From positions 179,614,001-179,678,000 of the forward strand of contig OZ360223.1 in NCBI GenBank assembly GCA_977017645.1: a stretch of 64,000 bases of DNA, read 5' to 3'. Positions 49,265-61,079 of the stretch are shown here, one piece after another (the stretch's first letter is position 1; each line of letters opens with the position of its first letter). Made by a program: the position numbers and the translations under genes. This DNA is from Torpedo marmorata. Taxonomy: Eukaryota. Below the pieces are notes generated by a model that ran no database searches, was not told the DNA's origin, and was given only the letters and a program-made list of their open reading frames with translations.

Positions 49265-50425
49265 CTCCCGTGATTCTTAAGGAAGTGACTACAGAGTGGA
49301 CACATCGGCCGAAATTTTTAATAACTCACTAAATTCCATGAGGGTTCCAGAAGATTGGAATTCTGGCAACATCATTCCTTGTTCAATAAGAGAGAAAGAC
49401 AAAAGGCAGGAAATTATAGGCCAGTTAATTTAACATCTATTGTTGGCAAGTTGCTAGAGTCAATAACCAAAGAGGGAATAACTAATCATTTAGGAAAACT
49501 GAATATAATCAAACCGGGTCCATGTCATTTTATGAAAGATTGATAATGTTTGACAAATTTGCTCAAAATCTTTGAGGATGTGACGAGGAGAGTTGATAGA
49601 GGGGCACCTGTAGGTGTAATGTATTTAGATTTCCAAAAGGCATTTGATAAGTTGCCACATAAGAGCTGGTGCATAAATTAAGAACTAAAGGTATTGGAGG
49701 AAGTGAAATGACATGGATTGAAAACGGGCTGTCACATAGAATGCACATGTTGGAATAAATTAGTCTATTTTAATCTGGAGTATTTTTTTTTAATATTTTA
49801 TTTGTATTTTTTAAAGCCAAACATATTATCAATAACAAAAATAATACATCATCAAATATAATATTCGTCTGTTGACTATTATATTAAAAAACAACAACAA
49901 AATTACAAATTTCTTGAGATGTTTACTGTTTACATTAATGACCTAGAGGACAGAATGAAATGCAAGGTTTCAGAGTTTGCCACTGATACAAAAAAAGATG
50001 GAAGGACATGGTGTGATGCAGTCTTTGTGATTCTGCAGTGGGATAGATTGAGTGAATGGGTGAAAACCCGACAAATAGAGTTTAATATATGAAATGGTGG
50101 CCTTTGGACAGAGGAATCAAAAGGCAGACTATTATCCAAATAGAGAAAGTACAGAGGGATCAAGATGTTCTAGTGCATGAATCACAAAAAGCTGGCAAGC
50201 AGGTCCAAGAAATAATTAAAAAGGCAAACAGTATGTTGGCCTTTATAGCAAATGGTTTGGTTTAAGAATAAGGAGGTTTGGTTACAGTTGGTGAGGTCAC
50301 AACTAGAGTACAGTGCCCAGTTTTGATCCCCTGACCTAAAAAATGATATAATAGCATTGGATGTTCACCATCCTTTTTCCTGGGATAAGAAGGTTGTCCT
50401 ATCAGGAGATGATAGACAGTTTGAA
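49265..50425 (+). mobile_element. old degraded CR1 with a LINE tail fragment (minus, about 49781-49920) inside
   Basis: GNYRPVNLTSIVGK and YLDFQKAFDK peptides; poly-T at 49783. Confidence 0.8.
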
Positions 50426-50790
50426 CATATTACAACATAGAACATTACCAGCACAGTACAGGCCCTTCAGCCCACAATGTTGCGCTGACCTACATAAACC
50501 TACTCCACAACAATCTAATTTTTCCCTACCTCACACACATAACCCTCTATTTTTCTTACAACCATAAGGCTATCCAAGAGTCTTTTGAATGTCCCTATTG
50601 TACCAGCCTCTACAACACCCCCAGCAATGCATTCCAGGCACCCACCACTCTAAGTGTAAAAATTCTGACATCTCCCCTAAACATTCCTCCACTCACCTTA
50701 AACAGATATCCTCTGGTATTTGCTATTGTCACGCCAGGTAAATGTTGCTGGCTGTCCCTCCTATCTAAGCCCCTAATAATCTTATCTGCA
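50425..50790 (-). mobile_element. CR1 3' fragment
   Basis: IIRGLDR..TRG..RVVGAWNAL; CATAGAACA tail. Confidence 0.8.
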
Positions 50791-51509
50791 GAAGACATCA
50801 TGAGCAGGAATTGCAAGATGCAAACCATGGCAAAGGTGGTATGCTTTGGATCCTGGGCAGTTCCTTTACACCTCTACACCTTGCTCTTGCCATCACTCTG
50901 ATACGGTGTGCAGTAAATTCACCGAAATCAATTCACCGACAGAAAACTCACCGACGAAAATTCACTGACGAAAAATTCACCGACTAAAAGAATCAACGAT
51001 CATCTAATTCACCGACGGAAAATTCACCAACAAAATAAATAGGATGACGAGCACGTGTGGTCAGGATTCATCACTCCTCCTCCTCCTCCCCCCCCCCCCC
51101 CCCGCCTCTGTGGTTCGTGTTCACAAAGAGATCCCTGTCGTCGTCTGAATCCTCCTTAGGCTTGCATTCCATTTCCTCCTCCGAGCCCCGACAGCAACGC
51201 TCTCTCTTGGGGTGACTGGTGGGAGAGGGAGGGAATAGGGGGAGGGGGATCATTAGAGACCAGGACCGCGGCACGAAAGCAGCCCAAAACTGGCGTCCAG
51301 CCATGCATCCCCGCGAGGAGGGGAGCGGGAGAGGCAAACTCCCCCATGCGCACGGGGGGGCGCGGAGGGGAGAACTAGCACAGGCAGCCGCGGGAGCAAC
51401 GACCTAAGGGGGAGGCTCGTTAGACAAATGTCTGCAGGAATTACCAATTAACACCTAATTAAAAGCTTTATTAAAGGACACTTCAAAATTCATTAAAAAT
51501 TAAAACGAT

Positions 51510-52135
51510 CGCTTTGTCCAAAGATATATGATTTCTGGTTGAAAGTTAAAAAGTTTTCAGATAAAGTATTAAGGATTTCACTCCCAACGGATCCTATGAT
51601 ATTTTTATTTGGAGATATTAAAAGAATTAGTATTAAAATGAGATTAAATATGTATCAAATAGAATTTTTGCGAATAGCTTTAGCTGTTTCAAAGAAATGC
51701 ATTGCAATTACATGGAAATCTGATGTAGATTTAGGGTTAGAAAGATGGCATGCAGAACTTTGTTCAGCTATACCACTTGAAAAAATTACTGATAATTTAC
51801 GTAACAAATATCATTTCTTTTTTAAAATATGGAGCCCATATATAAAAACTATGGGTCTAAGGATTTGAAGATCTCTGGATATCAGATCTGACTGGCGAAC
51901 CTGTGTTCCACAATAAAATTAGCTTATAGTTGTTCTTTTTAGATTGACATTTTCCATACTTTATCTTTTTCTTTCTTTCTTTCTTTCTATATTATTAGAA
52001 TAGTAAGGGTGAGAGGGTTAGGGAGGGAAGGGAGGGAGGGGGGTGAAAATATATCACATGTATTTTGATAATTTTGCATTTTATAAATATGTATTATCGA
52101 GTGATTTAAAATGTTAAATAAAATATTTTTTAAAA
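51510..52135 (+). mobile_element. 5'-truncated L1 3' fragment
   Basis: ORF 51539-51868 ending GLRI; near-TSD AAAAATTAAAA(C/T)GAT. Confidence 0.9.
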
Positions 52136-52214
52136 AAATTAAAATGATATATTATGAGCTATACCTCTTAAAAGTTCAATTTTTTCATTCATTCAATTGT
52201 TGGTGAATTTTCTT

Positions 52215-55200
52215 TTTTTAATATATTTTATTTAAAATTTTAAATCACAAAATACATAAGATAAAATTATAAAATTATCAAAATACTTGTGATATATTTT
52301 CACCCCCCCTCCCACCCCCACCTCCCTAAACCTCCCATCCCTACTAACCTAATAAAATAAAATAAAAATAAAATTTAAAAAAATAGAATAAGGAGAATGT
52401 CAATCTAAAAATACATCTATAAACTAATTCTATTATGGAGGTTAGGTTCGCCAGTAGATCCGATGTCCAGAGATCTTCAGATCCTTAAACCAATAACTTT
52501 CATATATGGGCTCCAAATTTTTAAAAAGAAATGATACTTATTACGTAAATTGTAAGTAATTTTTTTAAGTGTTATACATGGACGAAGTTCTGCATGCCAT
52601 CTTTCTAACCCTAAATCTACATCAGATTTCCAAGTAATAGCAATACATTTCTTTGAAACAGCTAAAGCAATTCGCAAAAATTCTATTTGATACATATTTA
52701 ATTTCATCTTAATACTAACTTTTTAATATCTCCAAATAAAAATAACATAGGGTCCATTGGGAATGTAATCTAAAATATTTCATCTAAAAATTTTTAACTT
52801 TCAATCAAAAATCATAAACTTTTGGACAAAACCATGTAGAATGTAAAAAAGAACCTTCCTCTTTATTACATCTAAAACATAAACCTGATAATGTCGGATT
52901 AAATTTCTTTAATTTTTTAGGTATTAAATATAATTGATGAAAAAAATTATATTGTACTAATCTATATCTGACATTAATAATCTTCGTCATACTTAATTTA
53001 CATAAATCTTTCCAATAGTTTTCATCTATTGTTACGTTCAAATCTAATTCCCACTTTAATCTTTTTTTATATTTTTTATTTTTTTATTTTATTTAAACTT
53101 TTAAATCACAAAATACATAGAAAAAAATATAAAATTGTCAAAATACATGTGATATATTTTCACCCCCCCCACCTCCCTCCCCTCCCTAACCCCCCCATCC
53201 CCACTAATCTAATAGTAAATTAACAGTAAAAATAAAAATATAGAAAAAAAAAGAAAGAAAGGAAAAGATAGAGTCAGGGGAATATCATCTATAAACTAAT
53301 TTTATTACGGAGGTAAAGTTTGCCAGTAGATCCGATATCTAGAGATCTTCAAATCCTTAAACCCACAGCTCTCATATATGGGCTCCAAATTTTCAAAAAG
53401 AAATGATATTTATTTCGTAGATTATAAGTAATTTTTTCCAGTGGTATACACGAACAGAGTTCTGCATGCCATCTTTCTAATCCTAAATCTAAATCAGATT
53501 TCCAAGTAATAGCAATGCATTTTTTTGAAACTGCTAAAGCAATTCGTAAAAATTCTACTTGAAACATATTTAATTTCTTTTTAATACTAAATTTTCTAAT
53601 ATCTCCAAATAAGAATAACATAGGATCCATTGGAAATGTAATCTTAAATACTTTATATAAAACATTTTTTACTTTCAACCAAAAATCTTGAATCTTTGGA
53701 CAAAACCATGTAGAATGCACAAAAGAACCTTCCTCATTATTACATCTAAAACATAAACCTGATAATGTCGGATTAAATTTCTTTAATTTTTTAGGTGTTA
53801 AATATAATTGATGAAAAAAATTATATTGTACTAATCTATATCTAACATTAATAATCTTCGTCATACTTAATTTACATAATTCTTTCCAGTGATTCTCATC
53901 TATTCGTATATTCAAATCTAATTCCCACTTTAATCTTGATTTATGAATTCCTACTTTAGGCATTTTCCTCTGAAACAATTGAGGAATTTCATAAGGAATT
54001 GATTGAAAGAGATATTGAATTCTTGGAAAAACATTCATTTTAATACAATTTACTCTTCCCATTAAAGTTATAGGTAAATCTTTCCAATTTTCCAAATCTT
54101 TTTTTATTTTCATAAACAATGGTAAATAATTTAATTTATATAATTTAGCCACTTTTGTATCAATCTTTATTCCCAAATATTTAATTCCTTCTTTTGACCA
54201 TTTAAATTGTGTAATGTCTTTACATTTACTATAATCCCCTTGTGATAATGCCATAATTTCACTTTTATCAGAGTTAATTTTATATCCAGATATTTCCCCA
54301 TACTCTCTCAACAAAGCAGACAATTGTACTAAAGATGTAATAGGTTTTGTCATATATATCAATACATCATCTGCAAATAAACTAATTTTATGTTCTTCTG
54401 TTCCAACTTTAATACCTACAATCTTAACATCTTTTATAACTAATTCTGCCAAAGGTTTTATCGCCAAAGTAAATAACGCTGGTGACAAAGGACATCCTTG
54501 TCTAGTAGATCTAGTCAGGGGAAATCTTGAAGAAATTTGTCCATTTGTAATTACTTTAGCAGATGGTTCTTTATATATAGTTTTAATCCAATTAATAAAT
54601 GTATTCCCAAAGCCAAATTTCTCCAATACCTTAAATAAAAAATTCCACTCTAATCTATCAAAAGCCTTTTCAGCATCTAACGTTAATACTAATGGTAAAT
54701 CTTCCTTCTTTTTATACACATTAATTAAACTAATTAATCTAGCTATATTATCTTTTGAATATCTATTATTAATAAAACCAGCTTGATCTACATGAATTAA
54801 ATCTGGTAAATAATTAGCCATTCTATTTGCTAAAATTTTTGCCATTATCTTATAATCTACATTTAGCAATGAAATAGGTCTATATGATTCAGTTATCAAT
54901 ACATCTCTGTCTTTTTTAGGTATAACTGTAATTATTGCATTCAAAAATGTATCCGGTAGCGAATGAGTTTCTGTAATTTGCTTCAATACATCCATATACG
55001 GAGGTATCAATAAATCTTTAAACTCTTTATAAAATTCTGATTGAAATCCATCTTCCCCTGGAGATTTACCACTCGTTAAAGAAGTAAGAACTTCGCTAAC
55101 TTCCCTCATTGAGAAAGGCAAGTCTGAAGAATCCCTACTTTGAGTATTTAATTTAGGTAATGTAATTTTAGATAAAAATCTATTAATTTTAGAATCATCT

Positions 55201-58200
55201 TTATCAATCTGAGATTTATATAAATTCAAATAATAATCTTAAAAAGAATCATTTATTTCTCGAGGTTTATGTTATTTCCCTAGAATTCTTTTTTTTATAG
55301 CATTTATAGTTCTAGAAGTTTGATCTTTTTTTAATTGCCATGCTAAAACTTTATGTGCTCTTTCTCCTAACTCATAATATCTTTGTTTAGTTCTTTCAAT
55401 TAGTTTTTCCATTTTATATGTTTGTAGTAAATTATAATGTAATTTTTTCCCAACTAAATTAGTCCTTTTTTGAACTGATCTATTTTTTTGCAAATCTTTC
55501 TCCAAACATTCAATCTCCTTCTCTAAATTATTTACCTCCCGAAGTTGATCCTTCTTAATTTTAGCTTATTATTTGACCTCTTAAATAAGCCTTTAAAGCT
55601 TCCCAAATAGTAAATTTATTATCAGTAGAATTAGAATTTATTTGCAAAAATTCCTGAATTTCCCTTCTCATATAATCACAAAAATCTTTTCTTTTTAGTA
55701 AAGAAGAATTAAATCTCCAGCTATATACAGTTTCCTCTTTTTCTCGAATTATACAAGATATTAATAAAGGTGAATGATCAGAAATTATTCTCACTTTATA
55801 AGATGCTTGCCTTATTCTATCTTGAACCTGTGAAGACAATAAAAATAAATCTATCCTAGAATATGAGTCATGTCTAAAAGAATAAAAAGAATAATCTTTT
55901 TCTCTAGGATTCAATTTTCTCCAAATATCTATTAAATTTAAATCTTTCATCAAAGTAAGAATTATTTTAGCAATTTTACTTTTAGCAAGTGATCTTGAAG
56001 TTTTATCCATTATTGGATCTAAACAACAATTAAAATCCCCACCAATTAAAATATTCTCATTAGCTTCTGACAAATGTAAAAAATAATCTTGAATAAACTG
56101 TTCATCATCCACATTTGGTACATACAAATTCATAAGTGTCCAAAATTCTGAATATATCTGGCAATGTATCTACCTGCCACATCTATAACTACAGATTGTA
56201 TTTTAAAAGGTAACTTTTTATTAACTAGTATAGCTACTCCTCTTGCTTTAGAGTTAAATGAGGAAGCCACCATTGACCAATCCATTCTCTTTTTAGTTTC
56301 TGATGTTCCAAATCTGTCAAATGCGTCTCTTGTAAAAAAGCTATATCTACATTCAATTTTTTAATATACGCTAAAGTTCTCTTTCTTTTAATCGGATTAT
56401 TAAGCCCATTTATATTGATACTTACTACATTTATTATCTTACTACCCATCATTACTAAATTTTATTAAATCCCTTTCAATCAAATCCACCAGCTCCTTCC
56501 TCCACAGTTGTAGTCTATTTGACATCTCCTTAAAAAGAAAAAAGAAAAATAAGAAAAAAAGGAAAAAACAAAACCCCAATGAATAAAATACTGGTGAAAA
56601 TACCCCAGTATTACCCCCCCCTCCATTACTCAAGAAGTGGCCCTCGCCACTAAGGTGGTGTATGTGTAGGAAAGAGAAGCAAAAAGGCCACCTCCCCCAA
56701 CAGATTTTACACAACATTTATAATCATAACTTCATTTAACTTTTACAGAGTCCACAATATCATGATCTTCATCAATTTCGACCTCGGCTTTCTCCTCTTT
56801 TCCTGAAGTACTTAGCAGAGAAACTTGCGATAGTGAAGTCTCTTGAAATTGTTGATAGATCATCGAATCTTGTTCTTTCTTCAAATAAGGAAGAAAATCT
56901 GCATATTGTCGCGCTTGTTGGGAGGCCATAAAAGAAAGGAATTGATTTTCTTCAGTTTGAATCTTGAAAACCGCATGATATCTAAAGGAAAACTTATATC
57001 CCTTTTGCCAAAGAATCGCTTTTACTGGATTAAATTCTTTTCGACTTTTAACTATGGTTGAGCTCAGATCAGGATAGAAGAAAACTTTTTTATCCTTAAC
57101 CATAAGTGGAGATTTTTTCATTTTCGCATTTTGGATAGCTGCTTTTAATATTTTTTCTCTGTCTTGATATCGAAGACATTTAATCAAAACTGGACGTGGT
57201 CTTTGATCCATATATTGATTTCGTCTCCCAATTCTATGTGCTCTCTCTAACTCCACTGGCTTATCTAAAGAGAAAACCTCCATAAGCCAATTCTGAAAAA
57301 ATTCAATTATATCATGTTCTTCAAAATTTTCGGGAAGTCCCACAATTTTAATATTATTCCTCCGGCTCTGATTTTCCAATAGATCCAATTTTTTTTTTTT
57401 TAATATTTTATTTAAATTTTTAAATCACAAAATACATAAAATAATTTTCATATATTTCAAAAAACAAACAAACATGTGATCTACATTTTCTCCCCCCTTT
57501 CCCACCCTCCCCTCCCTAACCCCTATATCCCCACTACTCTAAAAATAAAATATATAGTATAGTAATATAATTGGCGGAGATTTTAATTGTTGTTTAAATC
57601 CAGTAATGGATAAAACTTCTAAAACATCTGTTAGACCTAAAATAGTTAAAAAGATTGTTAATTTGATGGAGGATTTAAATTTGGTAGATATTTGGAGAAA
57701 ATTGAAGCCTAGAGAGAAAGACTATTCATTTTATTCATTAAGACATAATTCATTTTCTAGGATAGATTTATTCCTGTTATCTTCACAAATTCAGGATAGA
57801 ATAACTCAGGTATCCTATAAAGCAAGAATAATTTCAGATCATTCGCCCTTATTAATGACATGTATAATCCCGGAGAAGGAAAAAACTGTATACAATTGGA
57901 GATTTGACTCTTCTTTATTGAAAAGAAAGGATTTTTGTGAATATATGAGAAGAGAAATTCAGGAGTTTTTAAGAACAAATAATAATTTGGTTAATGATAA
58001 ATTTATGATATGGGAGGCTTTGAAAGCCTACCTAAGAGGTTTAATAATAAGTTTTTCAGCAAAGATTAAAAAAGATTATTTGAAAGAAGAAGAAAAATTA
58101 GAGAAGGAGATTGAATTTATGGAAAAGGATTTACAGAGAAATAAGTCTATTCCTAAGAGAAACCGTTTAGTGAGGAGGAAATTACATTATAATTTATTAC

Positions 58201-59215
58201 AAACTCGTAAGACTGAAAAATTGATAGAAAGAACAAAACAAAGATATTATGAATTAGGGGAAAAAGCTCATAAGGTTTTGTCATGGCAATTTAAAAAAGA
58301 GCAAGTTTCTAAAACTATTAATGCAATAAGGAAGAGAAATAATAGATCCAATTTTTGTAAAAGTTGATTTCTTTGTTGTTCCCAACCTGTAAATGAATCT
58401 TCTATTTTATCAACTCTTTCTTTATACTCCACCACATCTTCATAATTTTCTTTAACTTCTTTATCAATTTCTTGAACTTGCACTTTCACTGCATTCACAG
58501 TATTTTTCAGACCTTTTACATCTTGTTTCACATCTTTGATCTCATCTTAATTACATTGAATCTAGATTGCATTTGAGATTTCATTTGTGAAATAGCTTGA
58601 AGTATTTGTTGAGTATGCCTTTCTAACTGGTCTTCATCATCTGAGCCCTCAGGGTCTCCCTCTAGTTCTTCCATTTCTTGCACCAACATTTGTTTCCTTT
58701 CCATAGCTTTATCATCAGAGTCTGATGATGTTTCAGGTCCCACAGCGTATTGCAACGTCTGTGGGACGCTTCTTTTGCTGTCAGATCTTTCTGACAGTTC
58801 ACTTTATCTATCGCGCATGCGCGTCTTTTCGCGCATGCGCAGTTGTTCCGTCGTCATTCTTGTAGTTTCCTTTCGAGCGTCGGCGCCATCTTCCCCAGCT
58901 CCCTGGGAGAGCAGCACCGGCGCTACAGTCTCTCTCGGCGTCTTCAATCGCATAGGCTTCGGAGGGAGAATTACCTGAGTCCAAGGCTCCATCGAACAGG
59001 TAGGCCCTTCTTCTTCTTGAAGTAAAACTGTTTGAAACTTTGGTTTCTTTGCTTTTTGTTCTCTCATTTTTCTAGAGGTCATTGTTAAATATTTGATAAA
59101 GAGTTTTAATCTATTTTTAAACTGTATAAAGTTATTTATATGCTCTTTTAACTAAATCTGTGGGGAGAGGTGTATTCCTACGTCTCGAGCCTACGCCATC
59201 TCGCCACGCCCCCCC
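52215..59215 (-). mobile_element. full-length L1/Tx1 LINE (ORF1 about 59082-56732, ORF2 from 56452) with two nested L1 inserts and an internal deletion
   Basis: 16-bp TSD GTTGGTGAATTTTCTT at 52199-52214 and 59216-59231; 5' end GGGGGGGCGTGGCGAGATGGCG; EN and RT motifs. Confidence 0.93.
57394..58340 (-). mobile_element. nested L1 with 5' inversion inside host ORF1
   Basis: TSD AATAGATCCAATTTTT at 57378-93 and 58341-56; tail on minus to about 57565, EN/linker on plus after it. Confidence 0.9.
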
Positions 59216-59391
59216 GTTGGTGAATTTTCTTGGGGTGAATTTGATGGTCGGTGATATTTCCGTCAGTGAATTTGATAGTCGGTGAATTTTCTTGGGGTAA
59301 ATTTGATGGTCGGTGATGTTTCCGTTGGTGAATTTTATAGTCAGTGAATTTTCGTCTGTGAATTTTCCGGCGGTGAATTGATTTCGGTGAA

Positions 59392-60890
59392 TGTGGTAAA
59401 CCACTGTAAATACCTGTATATATGTTTATGGTCGTCTGGACACGCCCCTTACTGGCTGTACCTGTGGCTCCTCCCACAGACACCTGAATAAAGGCTATTG
59501 CGCCACAGCTCCCTCCCCAGTCCAGCTCAGACGACCAACAGGAGTGTACATCCATTCCAATGTGAATAAAAGCCTATCAGTTCTTGCCTAATTTCTAGTC
59601 TTTGGATTTATTGATGGTGCATCAATTTTATTTACATTGTTTTTGATAATGGATCAATATCTGAAGCCTGAAAAGTTGGAGCTAGATCCTCAATCATCCG
59701 AGGCATCCAACACTTTCGAACACTGGCTGCGTTGTTTTGAGGCATTCTTGAGGGCCTCCGCTGCTGTCGTTCAATCTGAGGACAAAAAACTACAATTGCT
59801 ACATCCCGGGTCGGGCCCCGGGTGTACTCGATGATCAAGGATGCTGAAACTTACCGGGAGGCCATGGACAAGCTGAAAGGCCATACCTGAAGAAGGTAAA
59901 CGAGGTCTATGCGAGACATCTCCTAGCTACCCAAAAACAGCGACGTGGGGAGTCGAGTGATGAGTAACTAGGAGCCCTGTGAACCCTCGGACGGGCCTGC
60001 AACTGCATGGCCGTTACGACCGCAACGTACACAGAGGACATCATAAGAGATGCCTATGTTACCGGTATACGATCAAACTACATAAGGCAGAGACGGTTGG
60101 AGCAAGGTGAGCTCAACTTGCAGAGGGCCATGAATCTAGCAGGCATGCGAGAAGTGGCCCTCCAAAATATAAAAGCGTACTCTGCCGATAGCGCGGCCGC
60201 ATTGTGGTTGCGGAGGGCGCTGCCGTCTTGGGACACGGGAGGGCCACAAACCTGTGGAACACCGCCACGTTCCGTCAGCGATGCGACCATGGTTGCTATG
60301 ACCCGCAATCAGCCGAAGTGCTATTTCTGAGGGCTGGATAAGCACCCCCGGAAACGTTGCCCGGCGAAAGACGCGGTCTGTGCTAACTGCAGGAAGAAGG
60401 GACACTACGTGAAAGTCTGTAAGTGCCAACCGCCCTCGAGACCCAGCAACACTGCGTGTGAACCATGGGGGCCGCTATCTTGGACGGCGCCATCTTGGGA
60501 CCGAACACCCGAACACCGCATCACCCCTACAGAATCCGACAGCGACTCAGCACTGGCCTCCATCACACTGGACCAAGGGAGCCCCAATCAACTGGCCAGA
60601 TCGATAATGGACATCGAGGTGGATGGCCACAACATGAGCTGCCTCTTCGATAGTGGGAGCACGGAGAGTTTTATCCACCCCGACTCGTTACAGTGTTACC
60701 GCCTCACAGTAATGCCGGTAAGCCACAAAGTCTCCATGGCGTCCAAGTCCCACACAGCAGAGATCCGCGGTTACAGTGTAGTGACCCTGACTGTACTGGG
60801 CACAGAGTATAAACCTTTTAAATTACTAGTCATGTCACAGCTCTGCGCAGACGTGCTACTGGGGATAGACTTCCAATGTCACCTTAAAAG
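59392..60890 (+). mobile_element. 5' part of a degraded Gypsy related to 43588-48320: LTR 59392-59624, gag and protease
   Basis: LTR starts TGTGGTAAACCAC as in the young element; MDQYLKPEKLELDP vs MENLLKPDKLDIDP; LFDSGSTESFIHPD. Confidence 0.92.
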
Positions 60891-60893
60891 ATA

Positions 60894-61079
60894 GACTGGG
60901 AGTTAAACAGATTGTATCGTCTGCGTACCATCCAGAAAGTCAAGGGGCCTTGGAGAGGTTCCATTCGACTTTGAAAAACATCATTAGAACTTATTGTTGT
61001 GAGAAGGAAAAGGATTAGGAAGAGGGGGTTCATTTGTTGTTATTTGCAGCGAGGGAGTCTGTTCAAGAATCACTTGGTT
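60894..61079 (+). mobile_element. 186-bp Gmr1 integrase fragment
   Basis: Close match to 26440-26625. Confidence 0.92.

Larger units (their letters stand above)
50903..59391. mobile_element. foldback-like non-autonomous DNA element with long TIRs built of AATTCACCGAC repeats; hosts several insertions
   Basis: 50918-51030 is the inverted counterpart of about 59216-59391; right terminus cut by the LTR at 59392. Confidence 0.7.
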
